Part shown: piece after piece, positions 37,253 to 47,358 of the stretch | Layout of the letters: the number at the start of each line of letters is the position of its first letter | How positions within the stretch are numbered: the stretch's first letter is position 1 | Assembly: GCA_040755995.1 (NCBI GenBank) | Contig: JBFMAF010000012.1 | Location: 1 to 64,000 of the forward strand | DNA from: Acidobacteriota bacterium | Lineage (GTDB): Bacteria; Acidobacteriota; CAIWXX01 | Direction of reading: 5' to 3' | DNA: 64,000 nucleotides | Translations under genes and position numbers: made by a program | The notes under the pieces: generated by a model | The model's database searches: none | What the model was told of the DNA's origin: nothing | Seen by the model: the letters and a program-made list of their open reading frames with translations, nothing else

Positions 37253-39955
37253 ATGAGCAAGACAACCGCGGCTTCCTTTGTGCTGCTGTTGGCGTCTGCC
37301 GTGACCGATCCGGCGTCGGCCGCGCCATCCCTGGAGCTCTACGGCAACTTCCACACGATGGGCGTCATCGTGACGATCGCGGGCGCGGACGACCCGAACT
37401 CGAACGCCGTGGCAAGTGTGTCGTATCGGGTCGGCGGTAGCGGCGGATACCGACAGGGGTTTCCGCTGAGCCGCATCACGAGCACCAGGTTCGCCGGCAG
37501 CCTGTTCTGGCTCCAACCCGGCACAGCCTATGACGTCACCGTGGCGTTCACGGATGCAGACCATCATCCTCTCGACGGGGCCAGCGTGAGCTCCACGGCA
37601 TCCACGCGCGCCGAGGTGGGCGTGCCGTCGGCCGCCGCGAGCTACTACGTCAGCCCGACCGGCAGCGGGACGACGTGCAGCGCCGGGTCGCCGTGCTCCT
37701 TGACCGAGGGGCTGAGCCGCGCGCAGGCCGGCGACGCGGTGGTGCTGCGCGGCGGGACGTATTACGAAGGTGAGTTCTCGCTCCCGCGTTCCGGCTCTGC
37801 CGGAGCTCCGATTGTGATTCGCTCGTATCCGGGCGAGACTGCGGTTCTGGACGGCGGCGACCCTGGTGCCTTCACCTGGACGGCCCAGGGCGGCGGCGTC
37901 TATAGAGCCACGGTGAACGCCGCGGATCCGCACCTCATCACGGCCAGCGGGCAGCGACTCATGCCGTACACGAGCCTTTCGGACCTCCAGAATCTCGTCT
38001 GGGGTGTCCCGGGGCTCTATGCGAGCGGCACCACCGCATACGTGCGGCTTGCGGGCGACGCCAATCCCAACTCCGTCACAATGGTCGTATCGCGCTACAA
38101 CAACGCGTTCTTCGTCGATCGGGACTACATCTACTTCGTTGACCTGGTGTTTCGCCACTATGGCCAGGGCGACTATCCCAAGGCCATATATTTCTACAGC
38201 GGTAGTAATAATCTCGTCCAGGGGTGCACCTTTGCGATCAACGACCTTGCGATAGGCATCAAGTATGCGTCGCATCGCAATCTCATACAGAACAACGTGT
38301 TCTACGACACGATCTTCGACTGGCCGTGGGATGCCTTCTACGCGGGTATCGATCTCTCGGGCGGCGGCATCCGCTTCTATGATCCGGTGGATGGACGCGG
38401 CAACGTGATACGGCGCAACACGTTCCACGACTACTTCGACGGCTTTGGGGCCTGTCCCGACTCGACCAGCGGCCAGACCAACGAGACCGACGTCTATGAA
38501 AACGTCGTCTACAATTGCGGAGACGACGGGATGGAAACAGATGGGCAGGCCAGCAACGTTCGCATATGGGGCAACACCTTTCACGATGTACTGATGGGCA
38601 TCTCGGTGGCACCTGTCTACACCGGGCCAGTCTATTGCGTCCGCAATCTCATCTATCTCACCGGTGTCGGCAACAACAGCTACACGGGGAGCCCGTTCAA
38701 GTTCAACAGCGGCTACTCGCAGTCAGGACCGATATATCTGTTCCACAACACCGGTGATGCGGCGCTCGCCGGCAATCACGGGCTCGACATCAAGTCGCCT
38801 GGGTCGTGGTCGCTCATCTATGCGCGCAACAACATCTGGTCGGGTACGGACCAGGCGATCAACGACTACAACACCGGCAACCCCACCGATCTCGACTACG
38901 ACGACCTGTACACCACCGCCGCCGGCAAGCTGGTGCGCTGGAACAGCACGAACTACTCGACGCTGAGCGCATTCACCGCGGGAACGGGCCAGGAATCGCA
39001 CGGGTTGAACGCGGCGCCCGCGTTCAGCAATGCAGCGGGCGGGGACTACACACTGAGCGCGGGAAGCGCGCTTGCCGACAAGGGACTCGTCATCCCCGGG
39101 ATCAACGACGATTACATGGGCGCCGCGCCGGACATGGGGGCATTTGAGAGGGCCGGGCAGTCCTGTCCGGTCTCCGTGTCCCCGCAAACGCAGGTCTTTA
39201 GTTCGGCGGGCGGAGCCGGCTCATTCGGCGTTTCGGCCGGCGGCGGCTGCTCGTACACGGCGTCCACCTCCGATGCGTGGATCACGGTCACGAACGGCGC
39301 GAGCGGCACCACCTCAGGCACCGTCGGCTTCTCGGTCGGAGCGAACGGATCTTCGTCCGGGCGGACCGGCACCATCGTGGTCCAGACCGGTGCAGGAAGC
39401 TCCGCGAGCTTCGTGGTAGTCCAGTACGGGCAGGGTCAGTCGTGCAACTACGCTGTGGGCGCCTTCGACGACTCCTTCGCCGCAGACGGCGGCACGGAGC
39501 CCATCAGCGTGACGGCGGATGCGGGCTGTGTGTGGGCGGCAGTGTCCAACGCGACCTGGGTGACGTTTTCCAAGCCGGCCGGCATCGGATCCGACACATT
39601 CACCATGACCGTCGCATCGAACGCGAGCTCGGCGGCGCGATCGGCCGTCGTGACGATCGCCGAGCAGGAATCCACGATAACGCAGGATGGCCGCGCGGGA
39701 AGCGGCCCTGCGATCAGCTCGGTCACCAGCAGGAAGGCGAAACCGGGAACGCAGGCCAGGATCAAGGGCTCGGGCTTCAGCTCAAGCTCGAGCCAGAACA
39801 CCGTGTACTTCGGGAAGAAGAAGGCAACCGTTAAGCGCGCGTCCACGACACAGCTCACCGTAACCATTCCAAAGGGGCTGAAGAAGGGGACGCTCTACGT
39901 CTACGTTGTAGTCGGCGGCAAGTCGTCCAACAAGGTCCCGTTTACGGTCAAGTAG
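37253..39955 (+). CDS. Secreted right-handed beta-helix protein with BACON-like and IPT/TIG-like C-terminal domains
   Basis: Signal peptide, YYVSPTG, LRGGTY, Asn-ladder repeats and APDMGAFE. Two C..W-type BACON-like repeats and an IKGSGF...VYFG IPT-like domain follow. Confidence 0.8.
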   Translation: MSKTTAASFVLLLASAVTDPASAAPSLELYGNFHTMGVIVTIAGADDPNSNAVASVSYRVGGSGGYRQGFPLSRITSTRFAGSLFWLQPGTAYDVTVAFTDADHHPLDGASVSSTASTRAEVGVPSAAASYYVSPTGSGTTCSAGSPCSLTEGLSRAQAGDAVVLRGGTYYEGEFSLPRSGSAGAPIVIRSYPGETAVLDGGDPGAFTWTAQGGGVYRATVNAADPHLITASGQRLMPYTSLSDLQNLVWGVPGLYASGTTAYVRLAGDANPNSVTMVVSRYNNAFFVDRDYIYFVDLVFRHYGQGDYPKAIYFYSGSNNLVQGCTFAINDLAIGIKYASHRNLIQNNVFYDTIFDWPWDAFYAGIDLSGGGIRFYDPVDGRGNVIRRNTFHDYFDGFGACPDSTSGQTNETDVYENVVYNCGDDGMETDGQASNVRIWGNTFHDVLMGISVAPVYTGPVYCVRNLIYLTGVGNNSYTGSPFKFNSGYSQSGPIYLFHNTGDAALAGNHGLDIKSPGSWSLIYARNNIWSGTDQAINDYNTGNPTDLDYDDLYTTAAGKLVRWNSTNYSTLSAFTAGTGQESHGLNAAPAFSNAAGGDYTLSAGSALADKGLVIPGINDDYMGAAPDMGAFERAGQSCPVSVSPQTQVFSSAGGAGSFGVSAGGGCSYTASTSDAWITVTNGASGTTSGTVGFSVGANGSSSGRTGTIVVQTGAGSSASFVVVQYGQGQSCNYAVGAFDDSFAADGGTEPISVTADAGCVWAAVSNATWVTFSKPAGIGSDTFTMTVASNASSAARSAVVTIAEQESTITQDGRAGSGPAISSVTSRKAKPGTQARIKGSGFSSSSSQNTVYFGKKKATVKRASTTQLTVTIPKGLKKGTLYVYVVVGGKSSNKVPFTVK

Positions 39956-40355
39956 CTTCGCAAGCGTACTGGTCGAAGCTGTCAGGTGGCTTGTGCTGCC
40001 CGCGGTATCTCTGCTCCACCGGCAAAGGCGGCCAAGTGTCGCGGCAGGCACCGCATGGGCCAGGCGCAGATCGGCCATGGCATCATCATACGGACTGGTC
40101 GCGGGGTTTTCAATCCCCGCTCACGGCTGATCGCACTCGGGCTGCAGCTCCGGCGGGTGGTGGCACTACTCCACATGCGCGCCGTGCGGTGTCACCACGC
40201 CTCCTTTCCCAGCTAGCCTGCCCCGCGACATATTATGCCGGACGCAAAGTCTGCGCGCGGTCCGGACCTACGGGGTCGATTCCTGCAGGCTTGCGCGGTG
40301 CCGGCTTGCCGGCGATAATGAGGTTGAGTTCACTATCGTCACGGAGGGATAGCCC

Positions 40356-40520
40356 ATGCCCACATACGAGTATGTATGCGACAAATGCGGCAAGCAGTTC
40401 GCGTTGACCATGACGATCAGCGAGCACGAGGGCAAGAAGGTGCAGTGCCCGGAGTGCAACAGCGAGGAGGTCTCGCGGCACTACAGCTCTGTCATGGTAA
40501 AGACATCGAAGAAGAGTTAG
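40356..40520 (+). CDS. FmdB family zinc-ribbon protein (54 aa)
   Basis: Translated by hand as MPTYEYVCDKCGKQF...VQCPECNS...KTSKKS. It has a GGAGG RBS and is below the track cutoff. Confidence 0.88.
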   Translation: MPTYEYVCDKCGKQFALTMTISEHEGKKVQCPECNSEEVSRHYSSVMVKTSKKS

Positions 40521-40601
40521 CGAGGCGGGGCCTCAGCGCATCGAGGCATGTCACGGCCGGCCGGCTTCGCAGTGTCTATCATTCATCGATTCGCGCTGTC
40601 A

Positions 40602-40760
40602 TTAGCAGCCATAGAACGCCGACACAGTGGTAATGCACCCCGACTGCGAGATCGTTGCCGTAGTCCTTTGCGTCGCCGTCGCCGTGGTGGTCGCCGTTCC
40701 CGTCGCCGTTGGTCTGATCTTAGCCTCGCCCTGCACGACAACCTCCGCGCACTCGATCAC
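40602..40760 (-). CDS. Possible Thr-rich small peptide (52 aa, or 44 aa from GTG 40736)
   Basis: GTG 40760 overlaps the sulfatase stop codon, and GGAGG precedes GTG 40736. It reads ...QGEAKIRPTATGTATTTATATQRTTATISQSGCITTVSAFYGC. Confidence 0.35.
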   Translation of the reverse strand: MIECAEVVVQGEAKIRPTATGTATTTATATQRTTATISQSGCITTVSAFYGC

Positions 40761-43423
40761 TCCAGATAGCCCAAAGCCTTCAATCGCGCGCGGTTCTCGT
40801 CGTTGTCCCTGCCGGGTGAGTGGATGGTGGTTCCGGACCGAGTCAGACGCACCCGATTGACCGCAGACGTAGAATCATTGGCCGCTCTCGACCATCTCCG
40901 TCCATCAAACAGGAACAGTGCTTCCCGGTGGCTCGGGCGTGCGAAGACTGGTGACGCGCTGAACCTCGCGATCTCGAGATCGAGCTGTCCGCCTCTGCGA
41001 TCACCGAGGAGGAGCTGGATGCTCTGCCGTGCCTCCACGCGGATGCGGATCTTCGATTCCTCGAACGAACAGCTTCCAGGAGGCGCGTCTAGCGATTCGA
41101 CTGCTTCCATACGAGCGTCTGCGCCACGGAGAACAACCTCGAACGCCTCTTGTGCTGAGTTCTGGATCGACACCACTATGCTCGATGAAGCGCTCCTCAA
41201 CTGCTGCGCGACCTCGCGTTCGAGCTGCAGCCGGGAGTCGGCGGAAAGGGTCTGGGGGTTCTCTTCGCCCGGGTCCCGGTCCAGCCGGAAGAACTCTCCT
41301 CGATCAGTTCCTGCCGACCACGCTGAGCTCGCGAACAGGTATTTCTCGAAGAGGTTGGTTCGCTTCGCGAAGCCTCTGTTGGACTTCCCGGCGTAGGACC
41401 AAACCGGCCGGGCCGGAAGTCCTTGTCCGTGGAGGACCGGGAGCAGGCTAATACCATCGAGCGCCCGCTCGGCGCGCCCAAGTGCGATGTCGAGCAGGGT
41501 GGGGAACACGTCGACCAGCGAAACCGGCGTCCCGACGCGCAGGCCGTGGCGGGCGACCCTCGGGCCGGAGATCAGCAGCGGCACGTGCAGATTCTCCTCA
41601 TACAGGTGGTGGTGACCAGCCAGGCCTCTTTCCAGCAGCGATTCGCCATGATCGGAGAGCACGACGATCACAAGGTTGTCACCGAGTCCCTCGTCCTCGA
41701 TTCTCTCGAAGAGCTCACCGATCGCAGTGTCCAGCCGGCTCAGCCCGCAGTCGTAGGCGGCATCGAGAAGCTCTCGATCCGCCGCCCCGAGTACCCGGCC
41801 GGCCAGGTCCTGCGCGGAGCAGACCCGCCAGGCGAGGACTGCTCGTCCGAATTCGTCGCGTGTCATCTTGCCAGGGATGACATACGAATCGGTGGCTCGA
41901 CTGGTGCTCCCCGACCTTCCCTGCGCGCACTCACTGAGGGAATGGGGATCATGAGCCTGGTAGGTGTGGAAGAAGATGAAGTCCGGACGATCGCGGCCTT
42001 CGCGCAACCATTCCAGGGCAGTCTTCACACCCTCCTCCAGCTCCCACCTCGCCGTCTCCAGTCCAATCTCTCCTCGCACGACAAACCGGTCGAAGCCGCG
42101 ATCGAGGCCGAAGCGCGGCGACAGGACGGGGCCGACCGCTGTTGCGCGGGTCTCGTATCCCGCTGCTCGAAATGCCTCACTGATGACAGGGTAGTCCGGC
42201 GTGAGCGGTCCGGCGACGTTCGCGCCGTGTCGCGTTGGATAGAGACCCGTGAAGAGCGATGCGTGTGAAGGCAGCGTCCAGGGCGCCGGCGCGATCGCTC
42301 GCTCGAAGATGACGGCGCGCCGAGCGGCCCACGCATCGAGGCGCGGCGTCGTCCTCTTTGGAAATCCGTAGAGTGACATCCGATCAGCGCGAACAGTGTC
42401 CATGGAAACCAGCAGGACATCGGGCCGTTTGCGCGACGCCACGAGCGCACGTTCGGCGAGGGAGCAGAACACGAACCCAGGATCCTCGTCGTCCACGCGA
42501 TCCGGATGGACCACGAGGCGGAATTCACGAAGGGTGGAGGAGCCGGGCATGGATGCGAGCTCCTGCCATTTCACAGAGTGGCTACTGCCGATTCTCATTC
42601 GAGCGCGAGCGACGACCCGTTCCTGTTCTCCAACCCGCTCCTTCAACTCGAACGTGACACCACTCCTGGAGTCCTCGGACATCCCCACAGCAATCTGGAA
42701 CGGTCCCTGGTGGACGGGAATCAGCATCTCGGTGGATCGCCCCGCGCGGGAGACACATGCGTCTCGAGTCTCGCCTCCGAGCGAGACTCGCCAGATGCGA
42801 TTCGCAACCGGCTCGTTCGACGCCACGCTCTTGTGGAGCTCACAGGCGCGGACCCGCACGGACCGATCCGTCGCCGTCGTCAATTGGAACTTGAGGCTTG
42901 CCGGGGGCCCCTTGCGACTGCGCGGGATCGAGATGTCGATTGTCTGTGCACCGCCGGCATCGAGTGTGATCGGCGTGCATTCCCAGTCGAGAGGCGATTT
43001 CTCGCGGGCCCAGCAGATGGTCAATAGGTCGCCCTCGTGATTGTCCTCGGTCTCGAGCCTGAGATGAGTTGCCGACCTGTCACCCGTGTCGATCGTCCGA
43101 ATCAGCCAGTAGCGCGCTTCCGGTTCGCTGAGTCTCAGCCAATGGTCGGTCTTCTCGTGCGACGCGTCCGCGAGCGGGCGCTCCACCCCGATCCAATCGC
43201 CGATCCTCCACCTCTGCAGCTCGCCCGGATCATCGAACTCGAACCGCCGGATGACTCGCCGTTCAATGAAATCGGAGGCGACGAACGTCGGAGGCCGCTC
43301 CGAAGCTTCTCCTGCCGGATATGTCGACGGGCCCCGCTCTCTGCAGGCGGAAAACAGCACCGCCAGGATCAGGACGACGATACGGTCGCCCCGGCACCTC
43401 GGGTAGCGCGGTGCCCCTGTCAT
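40757..43423 (-). CDS. Sulfatase-like (alkaline phosphatase superfamily) lipoprotein
   Basis: LFSAC lipobox, SMDTVRAD, WTLPSHASLFTG, HTYQAHDP and SDHGE. Its ATG overlaps the upstream stop. Confidence 0.85.
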   Translation of the reverse strand: MTGAPRYPRCRGDRIVVLILAVLFSACRERGPSTYPAGEASERPPTFVASDFIERRVIRRFEFDDPGELQRWRIGDWIGVERPLADASHEKTDHWLRLSEPEARYWLIRTIDTGDRSATHLRLETEDNHEGDLLTICWAREKSPLDWECTPITLDAGGAQTIDISIPRSRKGPPASLKFQLTTATDRSVRVRACELHKSVASNEPVANRIWRVSLGGETRDACVSRAGRSTEMLIPVHQGPFQIAVGMSEDSRSGVTFELKERVGEQERVVARARMRIGSSHSVKWQELASMPGSSTLREFRLVVHPDRVDDEDPGFVFCSLAERALVASRKRPDVLLVSMDTVRADRMSLYGFPKRTTPRLDAWAARRAVIFERAIAPAPWTLPSHASLFTGLYPTRHGANVAGPLTPDYPVISEAFRAAGYETRATAVGPVLSPRFGLDRGFDRFVVRGEIGLETARWELEEGVKTALEWLREGRDRPDFIFFHTYQAHDPHSLSECAQGRSGSTSRATDSYVIPGKMTRDEFGRAVLAWRVCSAQDLAGRVLGAADRELLDAAYDCGLSRLDTAIGELFERIEDEGLGDNLVIVVLSDHGESLLERGLAGHHHLYEENLHVPLLISGPRVARHGLRVGTPVSLVDVFPTLLDIALGRAERALDGISLLPVLHGQGLPARPVWSYAGKSNRGFAKRTNLFEKYLFASSAWSAGTDRGEFFRLDRDPGEENPQTLSADSRLQLEREVAQQLRSASSSIVVSIQNSAQEAFEVVLRGADARMEAVESLDAPPGSCSFEESKIRIRVEARQSIQLLLGDRRGGQLDLEIARFSASPVFARPSHREALFLFDGRRWSRAANDSTSAVNRVRLTRSGTTIHSPGRDNDENRARLKALGYLE

Positions 43424-44868
43424 TCTACTGGACCAGGAGGGCACGCCTGCGTCCCCCCTTCCCGTTTCTCTCCAATACTGGAATGACGATTGCGGAGTAC
43501 CAGGCCGCATGTGACGAGGATTCCAACAAGAAGCACCAGGGTCGGCTCCAGGGTGCCGAACCACAAGGGCATCTGCCACAGAAGGAGCAGCTTCATCGTC
43601 AAGTAGCATGAGACGGCGAACAACCAGAGATCGCGGGTCCAGCACAGTCGGGTGACGCCTGCAACCAGGATGAACACCACGATGTTCGCAGCCAGCACCC
43701 CCCACCATCCCCAATTGACGTAGCATTCGACGACAGCGGGGAGGGGAATTGACCCTCCTCCTTGTCCGTAGACGTACGGGTAGACGAGGTTGGCCGTGCT
43801 GACCTGCTGGTACGGCAGCAGGCGAAACGGGTTGATCAAGGAACGACCGCCAAGAAACGGAATAACGTCAGGAAAGAGCTTGTAGGCGACTGCCGTGCCG
43901 AGCGGGCTGACCTCCACGATTCGATGCCAGAGCGTACGCGCGAGCGCGCGTGCATAGCCCGTGGGAGTGCCCCGCAAGTAGATGGCATAGAGCGTCCCCA
44001 GCGCGACGAGGGCTGAAGCGGCGAAGGCGGTGAAGATCTTCCAGTCGATGCGACCCTTGTGTACCAGCGCGACCAGCGTCACCGCCGCCAGGATGTACAG
44101 GAGGTACTGCTTGCTGAGTATCCAGAGCGACGCCGGGAGGGCCAGGGCAAGGACGGCTGCGAACGTGGCCTTCCAGTTGAAGGACTCCCTCGCACCAACA
44201 AGTCGTGCGATGGGGATCGCTGTCGCTGCCAGGGCCACAATGAACAGCGGAATCTCGAAAGCAGCGAGGGCGAACCAGTGGAAAGGACGCGACGCGACGA
44301 CCGCTATACGCGCGTCGATGAGAGATCCAACCGGTCCGAAAACAGGGCCCGAGACGAGTCGCTTGCTCTTCAACTCTGCGGGCACTTGCTGGGCTGGGGC
44401 CTCAGGGGACGGGATCTCCTGCAGAACCTTCTCTCTCGACGCAGTCACTGGGCGCCGAACGAAAAACGGTGGCGTGACCCAGACCCAGAACGCCGCCATG
44501 GCCAGTATCGAACAGACGACTCCCGCGGCCAGGAAACGACGGCACCCCCGGCCTGTCCCACGGAGCGACTCCTCAAGCCGAACAGGGAGTGCCGGGCGTT
44601 CCGAGCGAGTCGCCCTATGCTTGACAACCAGATAGGACAGGAGAAGCGTAGCAGCTGTAGACGCGAACATCAGGTGGAAGCCTACACCGACTGCCAGTCG
44701 AGAAACCGCCGGGGACGCAGACCCGACGAGATTGAGCAGGAAGAAACTGGAGGCGGCAACGACGTACGGGAAGAAGCGCTGGAGCTCACCTCGGAGAAGG
44801 ATCCAAACCACCGGGCCCAGGACCATCACGATGCTTGCCCCCAGTGTCACGAGAGCCCAGTGATCCAT
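43420..44868 (-). CDS. Putative polysaccharide polymerase (Wzy-like)
   Basis: Polytopic membrane protein with ECYVNWGWWGV, located in an operon with Wzx and GTs. Confidence 0.7.
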   Translation of the reverse strand: MDHWALVTLGASIVMVLGPVVWILLRGELQRFFPYVVAASSFFLLNLVGSASPAVSRLAVGVGFHLMFASTAATLLLSYLVVKHRATRSERPALPVRLEESLRGTGRGCRRFLAAGVVCSILAMAAFWVWVTPPFFVRRPVTASREKVLQEIPSPEAPAQQVPAELKSKRLVSGPVFGPVGSLIDARIAVVASRPFHWFALAAFEIPLFIVALAATAIPIARLVGARESFNWKATFAAVLALALPASLWILSKQYLLYILAAVTLVALVHKGRIDWKIFTAFAASALVALGTLYAIYLRGTPTGYARALARTLWHRIVEVSPLGTAVAYKLFPDVIPFLGGRSLINPFRLLPYQQVSTANLVYPYVYGQGGGSIPLPAVVECYVNWGWWGVLAANIVVFILVAGVTRLCWTRDLWLFAVSCYLTMKLLLLWQMPLWFGTLEPTLVLLVGILVTCGLVLRNRHSSIGEKREGGTQACPPGPVE

Positions 44869-44896
44869 CAGCCTACAACCGGTCCCGGCTGCGCGC

Positions 44897-45826
44897 TCAC
44901 AGCGTACGTCTCCACGAGCGCAGGCGTTGAAGTGGGCCGCTGGCGATCTCCCGAACCAACGTCATGGATATTGCACCCCAATCTAGCCGTGGATCATGCC
45001 GTCGGGCCATCCTGACCGCCCGCAAACAGGCAACCAGACGTCCGCCTCGCAGATGATAGCAGCTCGCAATCAAATAAGCACGGCCAAGGGCGCGACAACG
45101 CACAGCAAGCGCCTGCGCTGGAAGGTCGGTGCGCGCGAAGAACTCCTCTGCGACGAGCACGTACTCCTCGGCCGAGTCCCGGCTGGTGCACCTGGACAGG
45201 TTCCCACCGTGAACGCGGTAGCAGGCCAGCACTTCGGGGCACAGGAGGATCTTGCCCATCAACCCCGCTCGAAGCCAGAACTCCCTGTCCGGTGCCAGGC
45301 GCAGATAGGGCTTCCATCCCCCGATCCTGTCGAGGACGGACCGTCTGAGGAGCGAGCCGGGGCCTATGTAGCAATACGGATCGACGATCGACTCCAGGTG
45401 ATCGAATGGACGTGCCACCGCCCTGCGTACCCTCCTGCCCTGCGCATCGATCACGTCGCAGTTGGGGAAGGCGGCAATGGCGTCTGGATGGTCAAGCAAT
45501 GTCTGAACCACCTTTCGGAGAGCCGAGGGGTGGAGGATGTCATCGCAGCTGAGGTAGCCCAGGATCGTACCGCTGCTGAGACTCCAGCCTGTGTTGAGGG
45601 CAGCAGCCTGCCCCATATTGGACTGCTGCATGAGGCGAAGCCTCCCTTGGTACCGGCGGACCACATCAGGCGTGCGATCGGTGGAACCGTCATCAATTAC
45701 GATGTACTCGATGCGGGGGTAATCTTGCGCGAGCACGCTTTCGACGGTCTCAGCGACGTAGCGTTCTCCGTTGTAGACCGGGGTGACTATCGAGACGAGC
45801 GGAAGTGTCTCTTGGGCCATCAGCAT
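44897..45826 (-). CDS. Glycosyltransferase family 2
   Basis: Motifs VSIVTPVYN, IDDGSTD and YLSCDD. Confidence 0.92.
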   Translation of the reverse strand: MLMAQETLPLVSIVTPVYNGERYVAETVESVLAQDYPRIEYIVIDDGSTDRTPDVVRRYQGRLRLMQQSNMGQAAALNTGWSLSSGTILGYLSCDDILHPSALRKVVQTLLDHPDAIAAFPNCDVIDAQGRRVRRAVARPFDHLESIVDPYCYIGPGSLLRRSVLDRIGGWKPYLRLAPDREFWLRAGLMGKILLCPEVLACYRVHGGNLSRCTSRDSAEEYVLVAEEFFARTDLPAQALAVRCRALGRAYLIASCYHLRGGRLVACLRAVRMARRHDPRLDWGAISMTLVREIASGPLQRLRSWRRTL

Positions 45827-47310
45827 CCCAGCGAAGGACCTTCACAGGGCCCTTCTGCGGACGGGCTGCCAGTCCTTGTGGATCCATGCCGAAGCGCTGC
45901 AACCAACCAGAGCATGAGGCCTACCGCCAGGACTAACGATCGCACCGCTGGCCGGTGCGCGGAGAAGCCGAGTCCAATGAAGACGATCCCAGCTAGTCCT
46001 GAAAGCATGGTGCGCCGCTCATTGCGAGCCAATACGATATCACTGGCAATGACCGCCAGCCAGACCAGTTCAAGAGCGGCTCGTACGGTCCAGAGGATCG
46101 CGACGGCTTCCAGGCCTGCGTGACTCACGGCCCACCAAAGGGTCCCGAGGTATGCGGGCAGGATGGCAAGCTCAGCAAGAGCGGCACGTCTTCCCCACCC
46201 CTTCGCGAGAATCAGCACCAGATACACTTGGGCCGCACTGTTGATGAGCACACCCACTGTCAACCACTGCATCAGACGAGCGCTCTTCTCGGCGAATTCA
46301 CTCGAAATCCAGAAAGACAGAATCTCAGGGGCCAGGCACACGATCCCCAGTACGATCGGAAAGAGGAGAAGTAGAACGGATCCAAGACATTCCCTGAAAT
46401 GGACCCGTACTCGATCCTGTGCAGCCGCCAGCCCGGCGGAGAACTCCGGGAAATACACAGTAGTGAAAGCCGCGGGAATGAGCCAGAGCTTGGTGACGAT
46501 CTCCCCGGGGGTCACATAGTATGCGAGGGATGCAAGGGCGAAGCGGGCGAGAAGGAACCGGTCTGAGTACCCAAGCAGCATTCCGGCGACGTTGCTAACC
46601 GTCACCCAACCACCGAACGAAACGAGGTCGATCAGGTGACGCGGCGCGGCCAGCGAAGGAGTCTTGAGTGCGGGCATGGTGCGGAAGCAGGAATAGAGGA
46701 GGAGCCCAAGAACCGTTGCCTTTCCCGCAGCCAGAAACGCGGCTATCATGCCGAGGTCGCCACCCAGACGAAGCGCAAAGACCGGCCCTGCGAAGGTCCA
46801 CACCCCGCCCACTACGCGGACGGCGTTCACGACTCCGAACTTGCGATGCGCCTCGAGCAGTCCACGCGCCGCGTCGGTGCCAATGGTGACAGGGACAGCC
46901 AGAGCGATGACCCTGAACGCGCGCTCTGATTCCAGCGCGAGCTCGGCCGGCAGCCGGAGCCATCTCGTCGCTATGGCCGGCGCCAGGACGGCCAAAGCGA
47001 CTCCGGCGAGAACGCCGGTCAATCCGAGGACCGCAAACACGGTCCAACAGAGAGCAGCTCCCTCGCGCACTCGGCCCTCTGGAAGAAGCACCGACACCCT
47101 CTGTGTCAAGGCGCGCCCCGCTGCGAGGTCCAGGAGCCCTGTGTAGGCGAGGAAGGTCCATACCAGCGAAAGGATACCGAATCGTTCCTCGCCGAGCATC
47201 TTCAGCAGATACGGAATCGTCACAGTCGCGACAAGAAGGGGGAGTCCGAGTCCCAACAGGTTGAACGTGACGCTGCGAGAGAACCGAGAGTCGGCATTCC
47301 GCGGCATCAT
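45820..47310 (-). CDS. wzx: Polysaccharide flippase (Wzx)
   Basis: N...PLLV...IPYLL..LGEERFGIL, SDRFLL and many TM helices. Confidence 0.85.
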   Translation of the reverse strand: MMPRNADSRFSRSVTFNLLGLGLPLLVATVTIPYLLKMLGEERFGILSLVWTFLAYTGLLDLAAGRALTQRVSVLLPEGRVREGAALCWTVFAVLGLTGVLAGVALAVLAPAIATRWLRLPAELALESERAFRVIALAVPVTIGTDAARGLLEAHRKFGVVNAVRVVGGVWTFAGPVFALRLGGDLGMIAAFLAAGKATVLGLLLYSCFRTMPALKTPSLAAPRHLIDLVSFGGWVTVSNVAGMLLGYSDRFLLARFALASLAYYVTPGEIVTKLWLIPAAFTTVYFPEFSAGLAAAQDRVRVHFRECLGSVLLLLFPIVLGIVCLAPEILSFWISSEFAEKSARLMQWLTVGVLINSAAQVYLVLILAKGWGRRAALAELAILPAYLGTLWWAVSHAGLEAVAILWTVRAALELVWLAVIASDIVLARNERRTMLSGLAGIVFIGLGFSAHRPAVRSLVLAVGLMLWLVAALRHGSTRTGSPSAEGPCEGPSLGC

Positions 47311-47358
47311 GCCTGCCTCGGGAACTGCCGACTCTGGCCGTGGCGACCTACCCTCATC

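Noticed and set aside
37145..38584. Long antisense and alternate-frame ORFs (this one and many others in the track)
   Set aside because: They are shadow ORFs of well-supported genes in high-GC DNA and show no recognisable motifs.
39982..40216. Small ORFs between the beta-helix gene and FmdB
   Set aside because: No frame has a convincing RBS, motif or protein-like composition.
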